The notes under the pieces: generated by a model | Told to the model about the DNA's origin: nothing | The model's database searches: none | What the model saw: the letters and a program-made list of their open reading frames with translations, nothing else | In this document: positions 19,911 to 30,079 of the stretch, piece after piece | Numbering within the stretch: the first letter of the stretch is position 1 | How the letters are laid out: each line of letters begins with the position of its first letter | Made by a program: the position numbers and the translations under genes | Virus record (IMG/VR): IMGVR_UViG_3300015261_000001 | Location: 62,001 to 126,000 of that record | DNA: 64,000 nucleotides | Direction: 5' to 3' (one strand)

Positions 19911-21920
19911 TTACGACACCGCCAAACTGAAGAAGCACTCGAGCGGACTGCCTTGACGGTTGACCATACGGAAGGTCTTGATCTCGTTCAGTACGTTCTG
20001 TTGCTTCTCGTAGATCATCAACATGCCAGCGCCGCGTCCATTGATAGCGTCAGCATAGTTGGAGAAGTATTTCGGAACATCGCCGTTAGCCAGCGAGCAA
20101 TCGTAATTGCTTGGATCACGGGTCACGGTGGAGAACAGCACGTTTTCCACATGCACCATGTTGATACCACGAATTTCTTGGTTGATCAAACTCCAATATT
20201 CAGCCCACACCTCACCGAAGATCTTCGGCGTGACGGTTTGTGCTTTCCACGCAGAGTTGCGCTTATTGTAAGTAATGAAGTTTTCCACACGAGCCCGGTG
20301 CATGTCCAGGTCTTCGCGGGTATACGGCAGGGTGAAGATTGGCGAAGTGGTGTTCCAACCACTCAAGTCGATCGAGATGTGTTTCTTCCCTTCGGCTTGC
20401 CAACCACGCTCCAGCACGTACTTCAAGAACTCCAACGAGAAACACGCATTACGCGACGAGACCGAAGTCCGTGCCGCGTGTTGTTGCACCGTGGTACCGC
20501 CCATCATGATGTCTTCGATCTGATAGCGGAATGTCACTTCCTGGAAGTACGGCAGCTTATCCAGACTCAGGTTATCCAGCATATCGAGCGAACGAATGTC
20601 AGACAGCACATTCACAATGTCCGCTTTAAGGATGAGATCCGAGCCCGGTGTACATACCTCAGCCTGAAGGAAGATTTCATCACCGTTGGAGCTGATGATG
20701 TTCTTGTCCTTGACGTGTGGTACGAACTGCCGTGTAACTGCGTTCCGAATGAAGTGCTTCGTCGACAACATACCCTGACCCATCGGGTTACAGATAGCCG
20801 TCGCCGAGTACATACCCACGTTTGCACTCTTACGCATCATCACGTTGTAGGGGACAGCCGACTTCAGCATACCGTAACAAACGCCGCACGGCACGCCTGA
20901 AAGATGGCTATTGCAGTAAGCGATGCTACGAACGTGAATTACTTCCCCCGCCTTAATATTCCACATAGTTTGGCTATCGATCAATTCCAGGCGCCCATCT
21001 TCGAACCGACGGAACTTACCTTGAAGGGATGACGCCATCGCGGCGTTAGCAACTTTGATCGGCACACACAGCTGAGTACCACAATCCCATTCGTGGTTAA
21101 TCGAGCTAATTACAGAGGTCAAAATGTGTGCTTTACGGTGGAACCACTCGGAGTCTTTCAGCGCCTTACCGTTGTTGGTCAGAGCTTTACCCGCAGCGTT
21201 ACGCTCACCCAAAGAGTCAGCCAGGTTGGTGATCCCGTGTGCATACGGAACCATTACCGCGTTCGGCATGATGGCGTTACTCAAGTCAAACACACCACCA
21301 CGAATTTCCGTGGTTTGATATGCTTGGTTGATACTCACGCCACCAGTACGCGCCAGCAGTGCAACTGTGTTCTGACCCAATGAGGGGGCTTCACGGATGT
21401 ACGAAGAGAACAACTCTTCACCTTCGTCGATGGTGATCTTCTTGGCCAGGATGTCATCCCGAATAGCCATGATACCATCATCTTCCATGAACTCTGCCAC
21501 AGACTCAGCAGTCGCAGAAATTGCCGACTGCTCGCTCATTACCACGATCAGGTTGTTGAGCTTGTTTTGCCAGATGTGAATCAACATCTTGATCCCGTCA
21601 ATTTCAACGGGGTCGTGTTTCGTTGGCATGATCCGTCTTAAGAACGTGTTGATGGGGATAGCGTTAGTGTTGTCGTCATAAACGATTTCCTTCGCGCCCT
21701 CCACCACGTTCGACGGGATCAACTCATCTACCGAGTAGGGAACGTCGTTATAACGACGGTGGATAATTAAACCCACCCACGTCAACATCAACACGAACGT
21801 ATCACTCAGTGCTGTAGCGCCGGAGTCATCAGTGACCTCCACCAGCATCCGAGTGCCTCGCCAACTCAACATCTTTTCTTCTGGACAATTGGCGAACTCG
21901 CGGAGATTGAGTTTAATCAT
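19911..21920 (-). CDS. Non-virion RNAP beta'-like C-terminal subunit (phiKZ gp74-like)
   Basis: KALKDSEWFHRK bridge helix, WDCGT..RSIAYC..PCGVCYG Zn site, NPMGQGMLSTKH trigger loop. Confidence 0.9.
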   Translation of the reverse strand: MIKLNLREFANCPEEKMLSWRGTRMLVEVTDDSGATALSDTFVLMLTWVGLIIHRRYNDVPYSVDELIPSNVVEGAKEIVYDDNTNAIPINTFLRRIMPTKHDPVEIDGIKMLIHIWQNKLNNLIVVMSEQSAISATAESVAEFMEDDGIMAIRDDILAKKITIDEGEELFSSYIREAPSLGQNTVALLARTGGVSINQAYQTTEIRGGVFDLSNAIMPNAVMVPYAHGITNLADSLGERNAAGKALTNNGKALKDSEWFHRKAHILTSVISSINHEWDCGTQLCVPIKVANAAMASSLQGKFRRFEDGRLELIDSQTMWNIKAGEVIHVRSIAYCNSHLSGVPCGVCYGMLKSAVPYNVMMRKSANVGMYSATAICNPMGQGMLSTKHFIRNAVTRQFVPHVKDKNIISSNGDEIFLQAEVCTPGSDLILKADIVNVLSDIRSLDMLDNLSLDKLPYFQEVTFRYQIEDIMMGGTTVQQHAARTSVSSRNACFSLEFLKYVLERGWQAEGKKHISIDLSGWNTTSPIFTLPYTREDLDMHRARVENFITYNKRNSAWKAQTVTPKIFGEVWAEYWSLINQEIRGINMVHVENVLFSTVTRDPSNYDCSLANGDVPKYFSNYADAINGRGAGMLMIYEKQQNVLNEIKTFRMVNRQGSPLECFFSLAVS

Positions 21921-24205
21921 TGCGCCGCTCCTTCATTCATGGCTTCTACCAGCGCTTTGGGGATCGCTAATGGTTCAGCTGGCAAACTATCTACCATCTG
22001 ATCCATCGTGTTGTAGGCTCGGTCCAGAGACGTCTCACGACGGTCTGTAGCGCGTTCCCGACGCAGAGTATAGCCGGAGTCCGACATCATGCTGAGCGAC
22101 ATCTTCAACGCACGGTTGCTGAGGTACTCTTCAGGCTTGATGAGTTGGTTAACGTTGAACGGGTCATCTGCACGGATAAGCCGTCTGGTAGCTTTTGCAC
22201 GGTTCTCTGGCGAATACGCCAAGGCAAGATGTTTCTCAGCTTCTTGCCCACCGGCTTGGCTAACTTCCAGACGCAGTTCAGTTTCACCCGAGTTCTTGTT
22301 GCCCTTGTCCGTCATTGGTGTAGCGTACTTGCCACTGTCGTTCATCTTGGCAGGCATACCGAACAAGTTAGACTTGGGCATGCTTTGCGCACTCATGTCT
22401 GCACCGAACTTGTCGAGCAGCATGATATCCTGATAACTGATCAAGATGGGGTTGGTGGTTTCTACGCGTTCGCCCAACGAGTTAACGAACATGGCTTTCT
22501 GCGGTTTGTAGCTGTACTTCTTCCGCAAGGCGTTAATGATGTTCACGCCGAACAGCTTGGTGTTACTGATCACATGCACAGAGATCTTGTTCTTGCAAAC
22601 GTAATCAACGTGTTCCTGCTTCTCTTCGTCAGTGACCAGAGCCATCTTGACAGTTTCCGCAAATTCTGGGAAACCGGTCTCGTAGAACTCCATCAGTTTG
22701 AAGTAGGCGGTTTTGTAGTCGCCCAAACGACGCAGGTGTTTCACTTCACGGTGCACGTTCATGTTGACGAAGTTAATACTCAACTCCATCAGCATCGAGA
22801 AGATCTGACGACGGAAAGCTGGCGTGTTGTTCACAATGAACTCAGCCCGAGTACCGTCTGGATAGCACGGTGCTTCGTGGTCTTCGATGATCAGAACGTT
22901 AACGCCCTTGTCACCGTTGAGACCGGCATACTTCCACTTCACACGACCCGCTACCGATTGCTTCAGTTCGATGTGAATGTTCCAGTCTTTCAGCTTCTCG
23001 CGTTTCTCTGCACGGCTCAACGGGTTGATCTTGCCGATGCCGTTGCGGGTGTAGTTACCATAAGCGTTCCGAATGAAGGTATCCAACTCCTTACTGATCG
23101 GAATTTCGTTGTTACGGGCCGCGTGGGTTTTCATCTCGTACCAACGAGTGACGTTATTCCACATTTCGTTTTGTTTCTTCTCGTGGCGATCGAGCATGGT
23201 GTTGTGACGCTGCTCGATGTAATCAGTACCACGATTGTTGGAACGGTTCTTCATCCGTTCAGACTTCACAGTCACCGACATTACGACGGCGTCACGTGGA
23301 GCATAGAACAGTTTGTCGTAGGTCAGGTCAGGTTCACGCAGCGACTTCTTGGTCAACGATACGAGAGCGTTTTCCTTGATGCGGCGGCGGAAGCCCATGA
23401 CGATACCGTCGTTACGAATTTCTTCACCAGCTTGCGGGAACGGCGATGGGTTCTCGTCGGTTCCGTACAGCATCAGTGGGATCCACTCGTCTTCGTTATA
23501 CCCGAAGCTACGATCATGTTTAAACATGCAACGCGACCGCTCCGCAAAGGAGCGGGTCATAATCACACCGTCCTCCTCAGTGCGATAGTCCGATAGCGCC
23601 GCTACCAGAGTTGGCATTGCAAAACACCACTCGCCGTTCTTGCTGATTCGAGGACTGCGGGCAAATACAGTACCCTTAGGGAATGTTGCCCCTTTCTTCA
23701 GCTTGCGCATGACGTCTTGGTCATACACGTACTCAAAACCGACGTAAGTGTTTTGCGTGTTGTACTTTGGCAGCTCGAGAATGTCGTAAGCATTCTTTTC
23801 GTCATTCTTATACAGAATGCGAATTGTGTTCCAGTCGTCTGTGAGCTTTTCCGGGTCCAGACTGTTGACGTAGAAGATTTCCTCTACTTCCATGTTGGCT
23901 GGAGCTTCGATGCGCCGTGCAGTCTTGGCGTACTGGAACTCAAACCCCGTAACCATCATCCGTTCGCCCGCCCCCTTCGTTGGCACGGACTTTGGAATCA
24001 TGTTACCAGCCATGTACAAACGACCCGCACTACTGTTCCAAGGGAACAGAATGAGGTTGTTACTGATCCCCACTAGTGCAGGGTGAATCTGGTTCTCACC
24101 GCACTCGTATTTGTACTTTACGGTCTCGGCGATTTCCGTTAACTCGAAGTCAAATGGTGTCTTGCCTTCGGTTTCAATCTCATTATCGCTCATGTTATCG
24201 CTCAT
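21917..24205 (-). CDS. Non-virion RNAP beta-like C-terminal subunit (phiKZ gp71-73-like), uninterrupted
   Basis: NSSAGRLYMAGNM, TEEDGVIM, KYAGLNGDKGV and KNSGETE match RpoB motifs. Confidence 0.9.
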   Translation of the reverse strand: MSDNMSDNEIETEGKTPFDFELTEIAETVKYKYECGENQIHPALVGISNNLILFPWNSSAGRLYMAGNMIPKSVPTKGAGERMMVTGFEFQYAKTARRIEAPANMEVEEIFYVNSLDPEKLTDDWNTIRILYKNDEKNAYDILELPKYNTQNTYVGFEYVYDQDVMRKLKKGATFPKGTVFARSPRISKNGEWCFAMPTLVAALSDYRTEEDGVIMTRSFAERSRCMFKHDRSFGYNEDEWIPLMLYGTDENPSPFPQAGEEIRNDGIVMGFRRRIKENALVSLTKKSLREPDLTYDKLFYAPRDAVVMSVTVKSERMKNRSNNRGTDYIEQRHNTMLDRHEKKQNEMWNNVTRWYEMKTHAARNNEIPISKELDTFIRNAYGNYTRNGIGKINPLSRAEKREKLKDWNIHIELKQSVAGRVKWKYAGLNGDKGVNVLIIEDHEAPCYPDGTRAEFIVNNTPAFRRQIFSMLMELSINFVNMNVHREVKHLRRLGDYKTAYFKLMEFYETGFPEFAETVKMALVTDEEKQEHVDYVCKNKISVHVISNTKLFGVNIINALRKKYSYKPQKAMFVNSLGERVETTNPILISYQDIMLLDKFGADMSAQSMPKSNLFGMPAKMNDSGKYATPMTDKGNKNSGETELRLEVSQAGGQEAEKHLALAYSPENRAKATRRLIRADDPFNVNQLIKPEEYLSNRALKMSLSMMSDSGYTLRRERATDRRETSLDRAYNTMDQMVDSLPAEPLAIPKALVEAMNEGAAQ

Positions 24206-24245
24206 GATGACTCCATTTAAAACAGTTCCTTACAGACTCAGGAAG

Positions 24246-24262
24246 ATAATATAGGTTCAAAA
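24246..24262 (-). promoter_or_regulatory. Early (vRNAP-type) promoter motif
   Basis: TTTTGAACCTATATTAT upstream of the beta subunit gene. Resembles the phiKZ early consensus TATATTAC. Confidence 0.75.
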
Positions 24263-24292
24263 TTCGATAACCACTTGACCAAAGGTTCTTTT

Positions 24293-24622
24293 ATGCCTCT
24301 TTCTAACAACGACTTCAGTAACGGTAAAGAGGTTTATTACACTGAAGCTTTCAAAACTATGGTTCGTTCTGAGCGAGAATCACTACTCAAGGAAACCACT
24401 GAATTCCAGATGGTCCCGATGAACGAACTTTACGCATACCGTTATGACATCTATCGGTTGCTGCGCAGCCTAGGTGTTCCGTCTTACTTGTGGTGGGTCA
24501 CCGCTTACCTCAACGGTGTTGAAGATCCTTTCACTGACATCAGCAAAATGACCTCCCTACGAAAGATAAACGAGGAAAGTTTATCGGATCGCATTGTCCG
24601 TAGTAATACTGTTCAGGCGTAA
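24293..24622 (+). CDS. Small protein, possibly T4 gp53/LysM-like baseplate wedge protein
   Basis: YRLLRSLGVPSYLWWVTAYLNGVEDP pattern. Confidence 0.5.
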   Translation: MPLSNNDFSNGKEVYYTEAFKTMVRSERESLLKETTEFQMVPMNELYAYRYDIYRLLRSLGVPSYLWWVTAYLNGVEDPFTDISKMTSLRKINEESLSDRIVRSNTVQA

Positions 24623-24646
24623 AAATAGTGCAAATAAAATGACGAA

Positions 24647-24691
24647 TACTAAGCGGAGGGGCAACCCTCCGCTTAGTAAAGTCTTATGCCG
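24647..24691. terminator. Hairpin between convergent genes, followed by TTATGCCG
   Basis: TACTAAGCGGAGGG-GCAA-CCCTCCGCTTAGTA. Confidence 0.85.
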
Positions 24692-24693
24692 CG

Positions 24694-26160
24694 TTAGCCC
24701 CAGGCTTGGTTATCGTTCAAACCGCCACCGCCGCTCTGATCAACGTAAACGTTGGTCGGATTAGACGGCATGCTCGGCTGCATCATGCCGAGTTGCTGTG
24801 GATGGACGATCTGGCCGTTAGGGAGCATGACCATACCGTTCGGCAGAACTTGAGCACCTTGCATGTTCATGTTCATGTTGCCACCCATCATGTTCAGGCC
24901 GCCCATGTTCATGCCACCCATCATCGGAGTTTCCTGACGATAGAGCATGTTGCCTTTCTTGCTGCAACCGTAGACAACCGGGTTGTTGTTCAGCGTGTTG
25001 ATCGCGTGGTGCAGGATACGACCTTGAACGTAATCAATTTCGTACTTGACCCAGCGGTCGCCGGCTTGCATCGGTGGAGCAGTTACGTCGTATTCACCAA
25101 CCATGTTGCTGGCTTGCTGCATCCCGCCCTGCTGGTTGTGTTGCGGATGTTGCTGGATGTTCTGCTGGCTCTGACTGCTGGAGACAGACAGGAAGCCACC
25201 CAGATCGTTACGGCCCAACGCTTGGTGAGTCGTTTCGTCGTGGGTGTTGTGACTGTTGTAGTCCATCATCGGAACCTGACGATAGATGTCCGGCAGCTCT
25301 TCCATCATCTCCGTCCAGGACAGGTTGATCGGGTATTGATTGACTTTGTCGAAGTCAGCCCGGAACGTGTTCTGGATTTTGTTCATCTGTTCAGCGATCT
25401 GCGCGTAGCAACCCAGGTATGAGATCAAGCGAGCGGCCACCGGAGTAGTCGATTCGTATTCTTCGTCGTCCGGGGACAACACTGCCGGCAGGATCACTTG
25501 GAACAGGTGAGCAGCGATCTTCAACGCACCACGGGATACCGAGTGGTTGTTGATCTCGACGGTTTGGTTATCCGCCTGACCTTCCGAACGAGCCAGCCGA
25601 CGCACGATCTCGGCGTAGAACGGGAACGATGGTTTGGTTTTGTAGTAGACACGCTCACCGCTGACCTTGGACAGACCGCCGCCTTTGGTGGTCTTGAAGT
25701 GGATGAAGCGGTTGTCGAGACCGTTTTCATCCAGCTCGATATGCATCCGAGCGAACAGCTTGTTGACTTCTTGCCGTACGGTCTGCTTGGTATTTTTGAG
25801 CGGCTCCAGGAGATCCAGAGTGCGTTGGTTCCAGGTCGACTTGGCTTTGCCGCTGGCCACTTGGAACAACACCACAGGGATGTGTCGGAAGGTGTCCAGG
25901 AGTTTCATGCCGGTCATCTTGCGGATCAGCTTGAACACTTCGGTTTCTTTCGAGGTGATGTTCTCGCACGCTGGGTGGAAGAACACTTTCTCGATGCAGT
26001 TACCGTCGAGGACTTCCGACAGCGGCAGGTGCAGGGACATGTTGTCGATGCGCAGAGGGTATTCCTGGCCATCCACGGAGAAGACGATTTTACCTTCGTC
26101 CTTGATAATCGCTCCCCATGACAAGAGCATCGCTTCGTACAGCTTATTCAACTGGTTCAT
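24694..26160 (-). CDS. Conserved nucleus-block protein (phiKZ gp70 position) with Q/M/G/N-rich tail
   Basis: 488 aa, syntenic between the PicA-like gene and nvRNAP beta. Confidence 0.65.
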   Translation of the reverse strand: MNQLNKLYEAMLLSWGAIIKDEGKIVFSVDGQEYPLRIDNMSLHLPLSEVLDGNCIEKVFFHPACENITSKETEVFKLIRKMTGMKLLDTFRHIPVVLFQVASGKAKSTWNQRTLDLLEPLKNTKQTVRQEVNKLFARMHIELDENGLDNRFIHFKTTKGGGLSKVSGERVYYKTKPSFPFYAEIVRRLARSEGQADNQTVEINNHSVSRGALKIAAHLFQVILPAVLSPDDEEYESTTPVAARLISYLGCYAQIAEQMNKIQNTFRADFDKVNQYPINLSWTEMMEELPDIYRQVPMMDYNSHNTHDETTHQALGRNDLGGFLSVSSSQSQQNIQQHPQHNQQGGMQQASNMVGEYDVTAPPMQAGDRWVKYEIDYVQGRILHHAINTLNNNPVVYGCSKKGNMLYRQETPMMGGMNMGGLNMMGGNMNMNMQGAQVLPNGMVMLPNGQIVHPQQLGMMQPSMPSNPTNVYVDQSGGGGLNDNQAWG

Positions 26161-26172
26161 AACTGTTCCTTC

Positions 26173-27609
26173 TTAAAAGTGTTCTTTGATGTTGGCCAGG
26201 AAGTTCTTGGCTTCCAGCAGACCGGTTTCAGTCCCGGAGATCGAACTGCTGGTGCGGTTGATGTAGTACGAGGCGTTCACGAAACGCTGGGCGTTCGCTT
26301 GATCGCCGTTGAAGAAGATCGTCACCGAGATCTCACCGAACAAGTGACATTCAACTTCCACCGACATGATGTTGCGCAGGTGAGCGTACGGACCGGAGTA
26401 CTTCGAGAAGAAGTGCTGAGCGAGCAGCTGTTTGAAACCTTCTACTCGGTTCATTACATACAGATCGCCGTCCAGTACAGACATAGCGGGACCTTGCACA
26501 AACGCCACACCGTTGTCACTACCCAGAACGCCCTCGAAGTCGCTTGGGTTGTTGGTCGCCGAGAACGCCAAGCTCATCAGACCGCTTTGCAGCAGCAGGT
26601 GAACAGTGCACATCGCCAGTTCAGTAGCGATGGTTTCGTACAGGTTAGCCGAACCATATTCGTTACTGGTCAGCAGTGCGTTGTCTTCAGCGAACTTGGT
26701 AACGTTCAGCAGGCCGAGGTGCATGACGTCCAGCAGGTTCTCGAACACCGAGTTGATTTCACCGATGCTGAAACCTTGGAACCCTGCCAGTTGGTGGGTG
26801 CCGGTCTGGAACATCATGGTGTGGAAGAACGGGTTTTCAGTTGGCGAAATTTCACCAATGCTTTCGCCGATCAGGCCGTCAGCCAGAGACAGTTCCAAAC
26901 CTTGGCCCATCGCCGTCTGGTTGCCCGCTGTAGTAGCCAGACGAAGCAGTTCACGACTGTGGTGAGTTGGGTTCAGGTTCTGAGTCTTCGATGCCAGTAC
27001 GTTGTTACGCAGGTCGCTACCAGCTGTGCCGCTGTACATGGCGCTGGTGCCATCTTGCTCGGTCACAGCAAAGCCCAATGCTTCGTTACCGATGTCGATC
27101 GGACGAACGGCTTTCAGATCTTTCTGCTGGTTCGGGTCACCCATCAAGAATTGCTGGGAACCGTCGATCACCGTTTTGACCATCGGGAAACCGGAACTGT
27201 CATGGGTGTTGGTGGTCAGGGTAGTCCAGCAACGAACCGGAACGAACAGGGTGTTTTCAGCGATGCCTTCTTCGCTGTAGTCGCCACCCACCAGATAACC
27301 CACAACTGCCAGTTCGGATTGCTGCATGGCGTTACTTTCAACCATGAAGTTCAACAACGCGATACCGCGGCGCAGGTTGAAACCTTCTTCCATCGACACG
27401 TAGCCTTGAGGACGTGCGGTCAGCTGACCTGCCGATTGGGCGATCTCGTTCAGAGTGCTCGGCATGATTCCGCCGGCCATTTGCTCGTAACGGAGTTTGT
27501 CGATTTCCATGGAACCGATGTTCATGGTGTTGTGGCGGTGTACGTGCGCGTGGTTGCGGTTACCGATACCGAAGATAGCTCGGGTAAGGGTAGTAGTCAT
27601 ATTGGACAT
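26173..27609 (-). CDS. picA: Phage-nucleus protein import factor PicA/Imp1 (phiKZ gp69-like)
   Basis: 478 aa, immediately downstream of the gp68-like gene. Assigned by synteny and size. Confidence 0.6.
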   Translation of the reverse strand: MSNMTTTLTRAIFGIGNRNHAHVHRHNTMNIGSMEIDKLRYEQMAGGIMPSTLNEIAQSAGQLTARPQGYVSMEEGFNLRRGIALLNFMVESNAMQQSELAVVGYLVGGDYSEEGIAENTLFVPVRCWTTLTTNTHDSSGFPMVKTVIDGSQQFLMGDPNQQKDLKAVRPIDIGNEALGFAVTEQDGTSAMYSGTAGSDLRNNVLASKTQNLNPTHHSRELLRLATTAGNQTAMGQGLELSLADGLIGESIGEISPTENPFFHTMMFQTGTHQLAGFQGFSIGEINSVFENLLDVMHLGLLNVTKFAEDNALLTSNEYGSANLYETIATELAMCTVHLLLQSGLMSLAFSATNNPSDFEGVLGSDNGVAFVQGPAMSVLDGDLYVMNRVEGFKQLLAQHFFSKYSGPYAHLRNIMSVEVECHLFGEISVTIFFNGDQANAQRFVNASYYINRTSSSISGTETGLLEAKNFLANIKEHF

Positions 27610-27640
27610 GGTGAACTCTCCGTCTTTTACTTAATAATGA

Positions 27641-29197
27641 TCAAGCGTTGATTTGCCGAATCAACCGCATGAATTCGTTCTTGATTTCAATTTCGATCTC
27701 GAGGCTGAACAACGCGCCACGTTCTACGCGGCTGTAAACTTCCTCGTCATCCAACACTGCGTATTCCAGGTTGGACTTCCACTGACCGTTACCGAAGAAC
27801 TCGAGGAAATCCGTCGCAGCCTCGATTGCTTCGTTAAATGAACGTCCTTCGTCATTACGACTTTGGATGTCACAGATACTGGCCAGGAACTCTTTGTCTT
27901 CAGTGTTGAGCTTCAGCCCGTCCGGCAGAGAACGCATGCCGTCTGGATCGTTGATTGCACCCAGTACCGAAGGCAAGTAGTGATAACCCCATTCGCTCAA
28001 ACGGACTTGAGCCAAAGCAATTGCCGCCATCAACTGGTTGTAGTCGCAGGCCCAGTAGATCATCGACGGAACTTCTTCGTAGAAGGTCAGTTGTAGCAGT
28101 TTGATAACGTGGTCGCCCAGTTCAAATTCCCAGGTCGGCGGAATGTTGTCGAAGACACGTTCTACCAGTTTTGGGTTCTTGATCTTCAGACCAAGGCATG
28201 GAATCTTGAAGCGATCGACATGACGCTCTTTGTCGTTCTCGTCAAACAACCCCACGCTGAAATACTCGGCCGCCATGATTTCGTTGGTGGCTTTGATTTC
28301 TTCGTTAATCTGATAACGCTCATACAACGAACGTTTATCTTCTTCACCTTCGGAACGGTCATCCTTCTTGCGGAAGGTACTGCCGCTGGATTCATGCTGG
28401 CGTACTGCCGCGTTGATCGCAGTGGCGAGGTTCTTCTCTTCTTCCGTTTCTGGAATGACTGCGCAGCACAACCGACTGAAGATCGTGTTGAACAGTACAC
28501 GGTCGATGAAGTATTCCTGACTACCCACGGCGTCCACTTGCTGTGGGATACCGCGCTTGTTGAAAGCGAAGTCCACATACGTCTGAAGCTTGCTCCAACC
28601 GTACATGTTGATGATGTGTGGATTGTCCTTGATCAGACTACCGCACACCAACTCGCTGTAACCCGAACCCATTGTCGAATCGAAACGACTCGTCAACGAG
28701 AAGATGATCGGATAGATCACGCGCACAACGAAAGTGAACTTTACCAGTTCCTTATAGTCGTACTCAGTAATCGTGGTCTGTGATGGATAGTCGCCTTTAC
28801 TGGCAGCGATGCTCAGTTCAGGTGGAACCACCATGTGGCCAGAGTACTGGATAAAAGAACAGAACTTAGGAACGTCAATGAAGTCCAGAATCGCATCGGT
28901 AATCGGTTTGATCTGGGTCAGTTCTAAGTTGTAGTCCTTGAACGCTGGGCTCTCTGCAACAGTGTGAGCCTTCTCGAACAATTTGAACAGTTCTTGTTTA
29001 CGCTCGGTGTCGAAAGTGCTCTCGACGTACTCGTTGAAGCAGCTGAAAAGATTAGGCTCAGGAGCGTCCTTCTCTTTAACAACGGCCTCCAACTTGATAC
29101 CGGCGTCACCATTGAAGCGCAGAATGTGTTCGTTCAGGCTAATAATGATTGCTTTTATAGTCTTTTTAGACTTCCGCTTCACTTCAATGTTAAACAT
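27641..29197 (-). CDS. Non-virion RNAP promoter-specificity subunit (phiKZ gp68-like)
   Basis: ~518 aa, helical, SD GGAG before ATG 29197. Assigned by synteny. Confidence 0.7.
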   Translation of the reverse strand: MFNIEVKRKSKKTIKAIIISLNEHILRFNGDAGIKLEAVVKEKDAPEPNLFSCFNEYVESTFDTERKQELFKLFEKAHTVAESPAFKDYNLELTQIKPITDAILDFIDVPKFCSFIQYSGHMVVPPELSIAASKGDYPSQTTITEYDYKELVKFTFVVRVIYPIIFSLTSRFDSTMGSGYSELVCGSLIKDNPHIINMYGWSKLQTYVDFAFNKRGIPQQVDAVGSQEYFIDRVLFNTIFSRLCCAVIPETEEEKNLATAINAAVRQHESSGSTFRKKDDRSEGEEDKRSLYERYQINEEIKATNEIMAAEYFSVGLFDENDKERHVDRFKIPCLGLKIKNPKLVERVFDNIPPTWEFELGDHVIKLLQLTFYEEVPSMIYWACDYNQLMAAIALAQVRLSEWGYHYLPSVLGAINDPDGMRSLPDGLKLNTEDKEFLASICDIQSRNDEGRSFNEAIEAATDFLEFFGNGQWKSNLEYAVLDDEEVYSRVERGALFSLEIEIEIKNEFMRLIRQINA

Positions 29198-29227
29198 TGA
29201 GATACTCCGATTGATCAATTCAACCTA

Positions 29228-29244
29228 GTAATATAGGTTTGTAA
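29228..29244 (-). promoter_or_regulatory. Early promoter motif
   Basis: TTACAAACCTATATTAC contains an exact TATATTAC. Confidence 0.8.
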
Positions 29245-29308
29245 ATCTTTGAGGAGGCGTAAATGAGGGGAGGAAGGGTTGCCCCCTCCTCCGGTCATTT
29301 AAAAGGGT

Positions 29309-30022
29309 TTAGAACTCAACGTCGTCGAACGTGTCGTCGAAGCTGCTGTTACCACCACCACCACCGCCATTGCTCTGGCCGCCGTTGTAGTTGTTACCGC
29401 CGCCACCGTTACCTTGACCTTCACGCGGAGGACGAGGTTCCCAGGCTGCGCGTTCCATGTCATTCAGAACGTTCTGGTGGAAGTTGACCCAGGCACGAGC
29501 CGCCCAACGCGACATGGTACCTTTGTCTTCGACTTTCTCGCCAGCTTCGTTCTTCATATACAGCACGGTGTCGTTCGGACCGCGGAACACCAGAGGTGCC
29601 TTGAAGTCGCCCTTGCTGTAAACGAGAGTGATCACGCCGTTCGCATCACGGATGATGGTGAACATGGCTTGAACGATCGGGTGGTCGGAGATCTTGCTCT
29701 GACCGCCGGACTTGATGAACTGCTTCTTCTGGATCACCATTTGCTTGGTGCCGAAGTTTACATCGTTGGTCGCTTGTAGAACGGCTTCGAAAAGAGAGCC
29801 GCGATCAGAGTAACCCAGTTCCACTTCCTTGTGGTTGGTTTTCTGGTCACGGTTGAAAACGCCGTCGTTGATTTTGAAAACAATCGCCCCGTTATTCTTC
29901 TGTTGGAAGACACCTTGCGCGGGGTACTTACCGCCCGACATTGGCTGAAGAGTTGACGGGTGCGGTTGACGCCAGTCGTCCAGCAGAGTCTTTTTACGCT
30001 GGTTGTTGGTGCCTTGATTCAT
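29309..30022 (-). CDS. chmC: ChmC-like (phiKZ gp67 position) nucleic-acid-binding protein
   Basis: 237 aa, beta-rich core, G/N-rich tail ending in SSB-like acidic FDDTFDDVEF. Assigned by synteny. Confidence 0.65.
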   Translation of the reverse strand: MNQGTNNQRKKTLLDDWRQPHPSTLQPMSGGKYPAQGVFQQKNNGAIVFKINDGVFNRDQKTNHKEVELGYSDRGSLFEAVLQATNDVNFGTKQMVIQKKQFIKSGGQSKISDHPIVQAMFTIIRDANGVITLVYSKGDFKAPLVFRGPNDTVLYMKNEAGEKVEDKGTMSRWAARAWVNFHQNVLNDMERAAWEPRPPREGQGNGGGGNNYNGGQSNGGGGGGNSSFDDTFDDVEF

Positions 30023-30079
30023 GGAGATCTTCCTTAAAATTCGAAATTGTTAACCAATATAGATAGGTACTCAGTGGAA

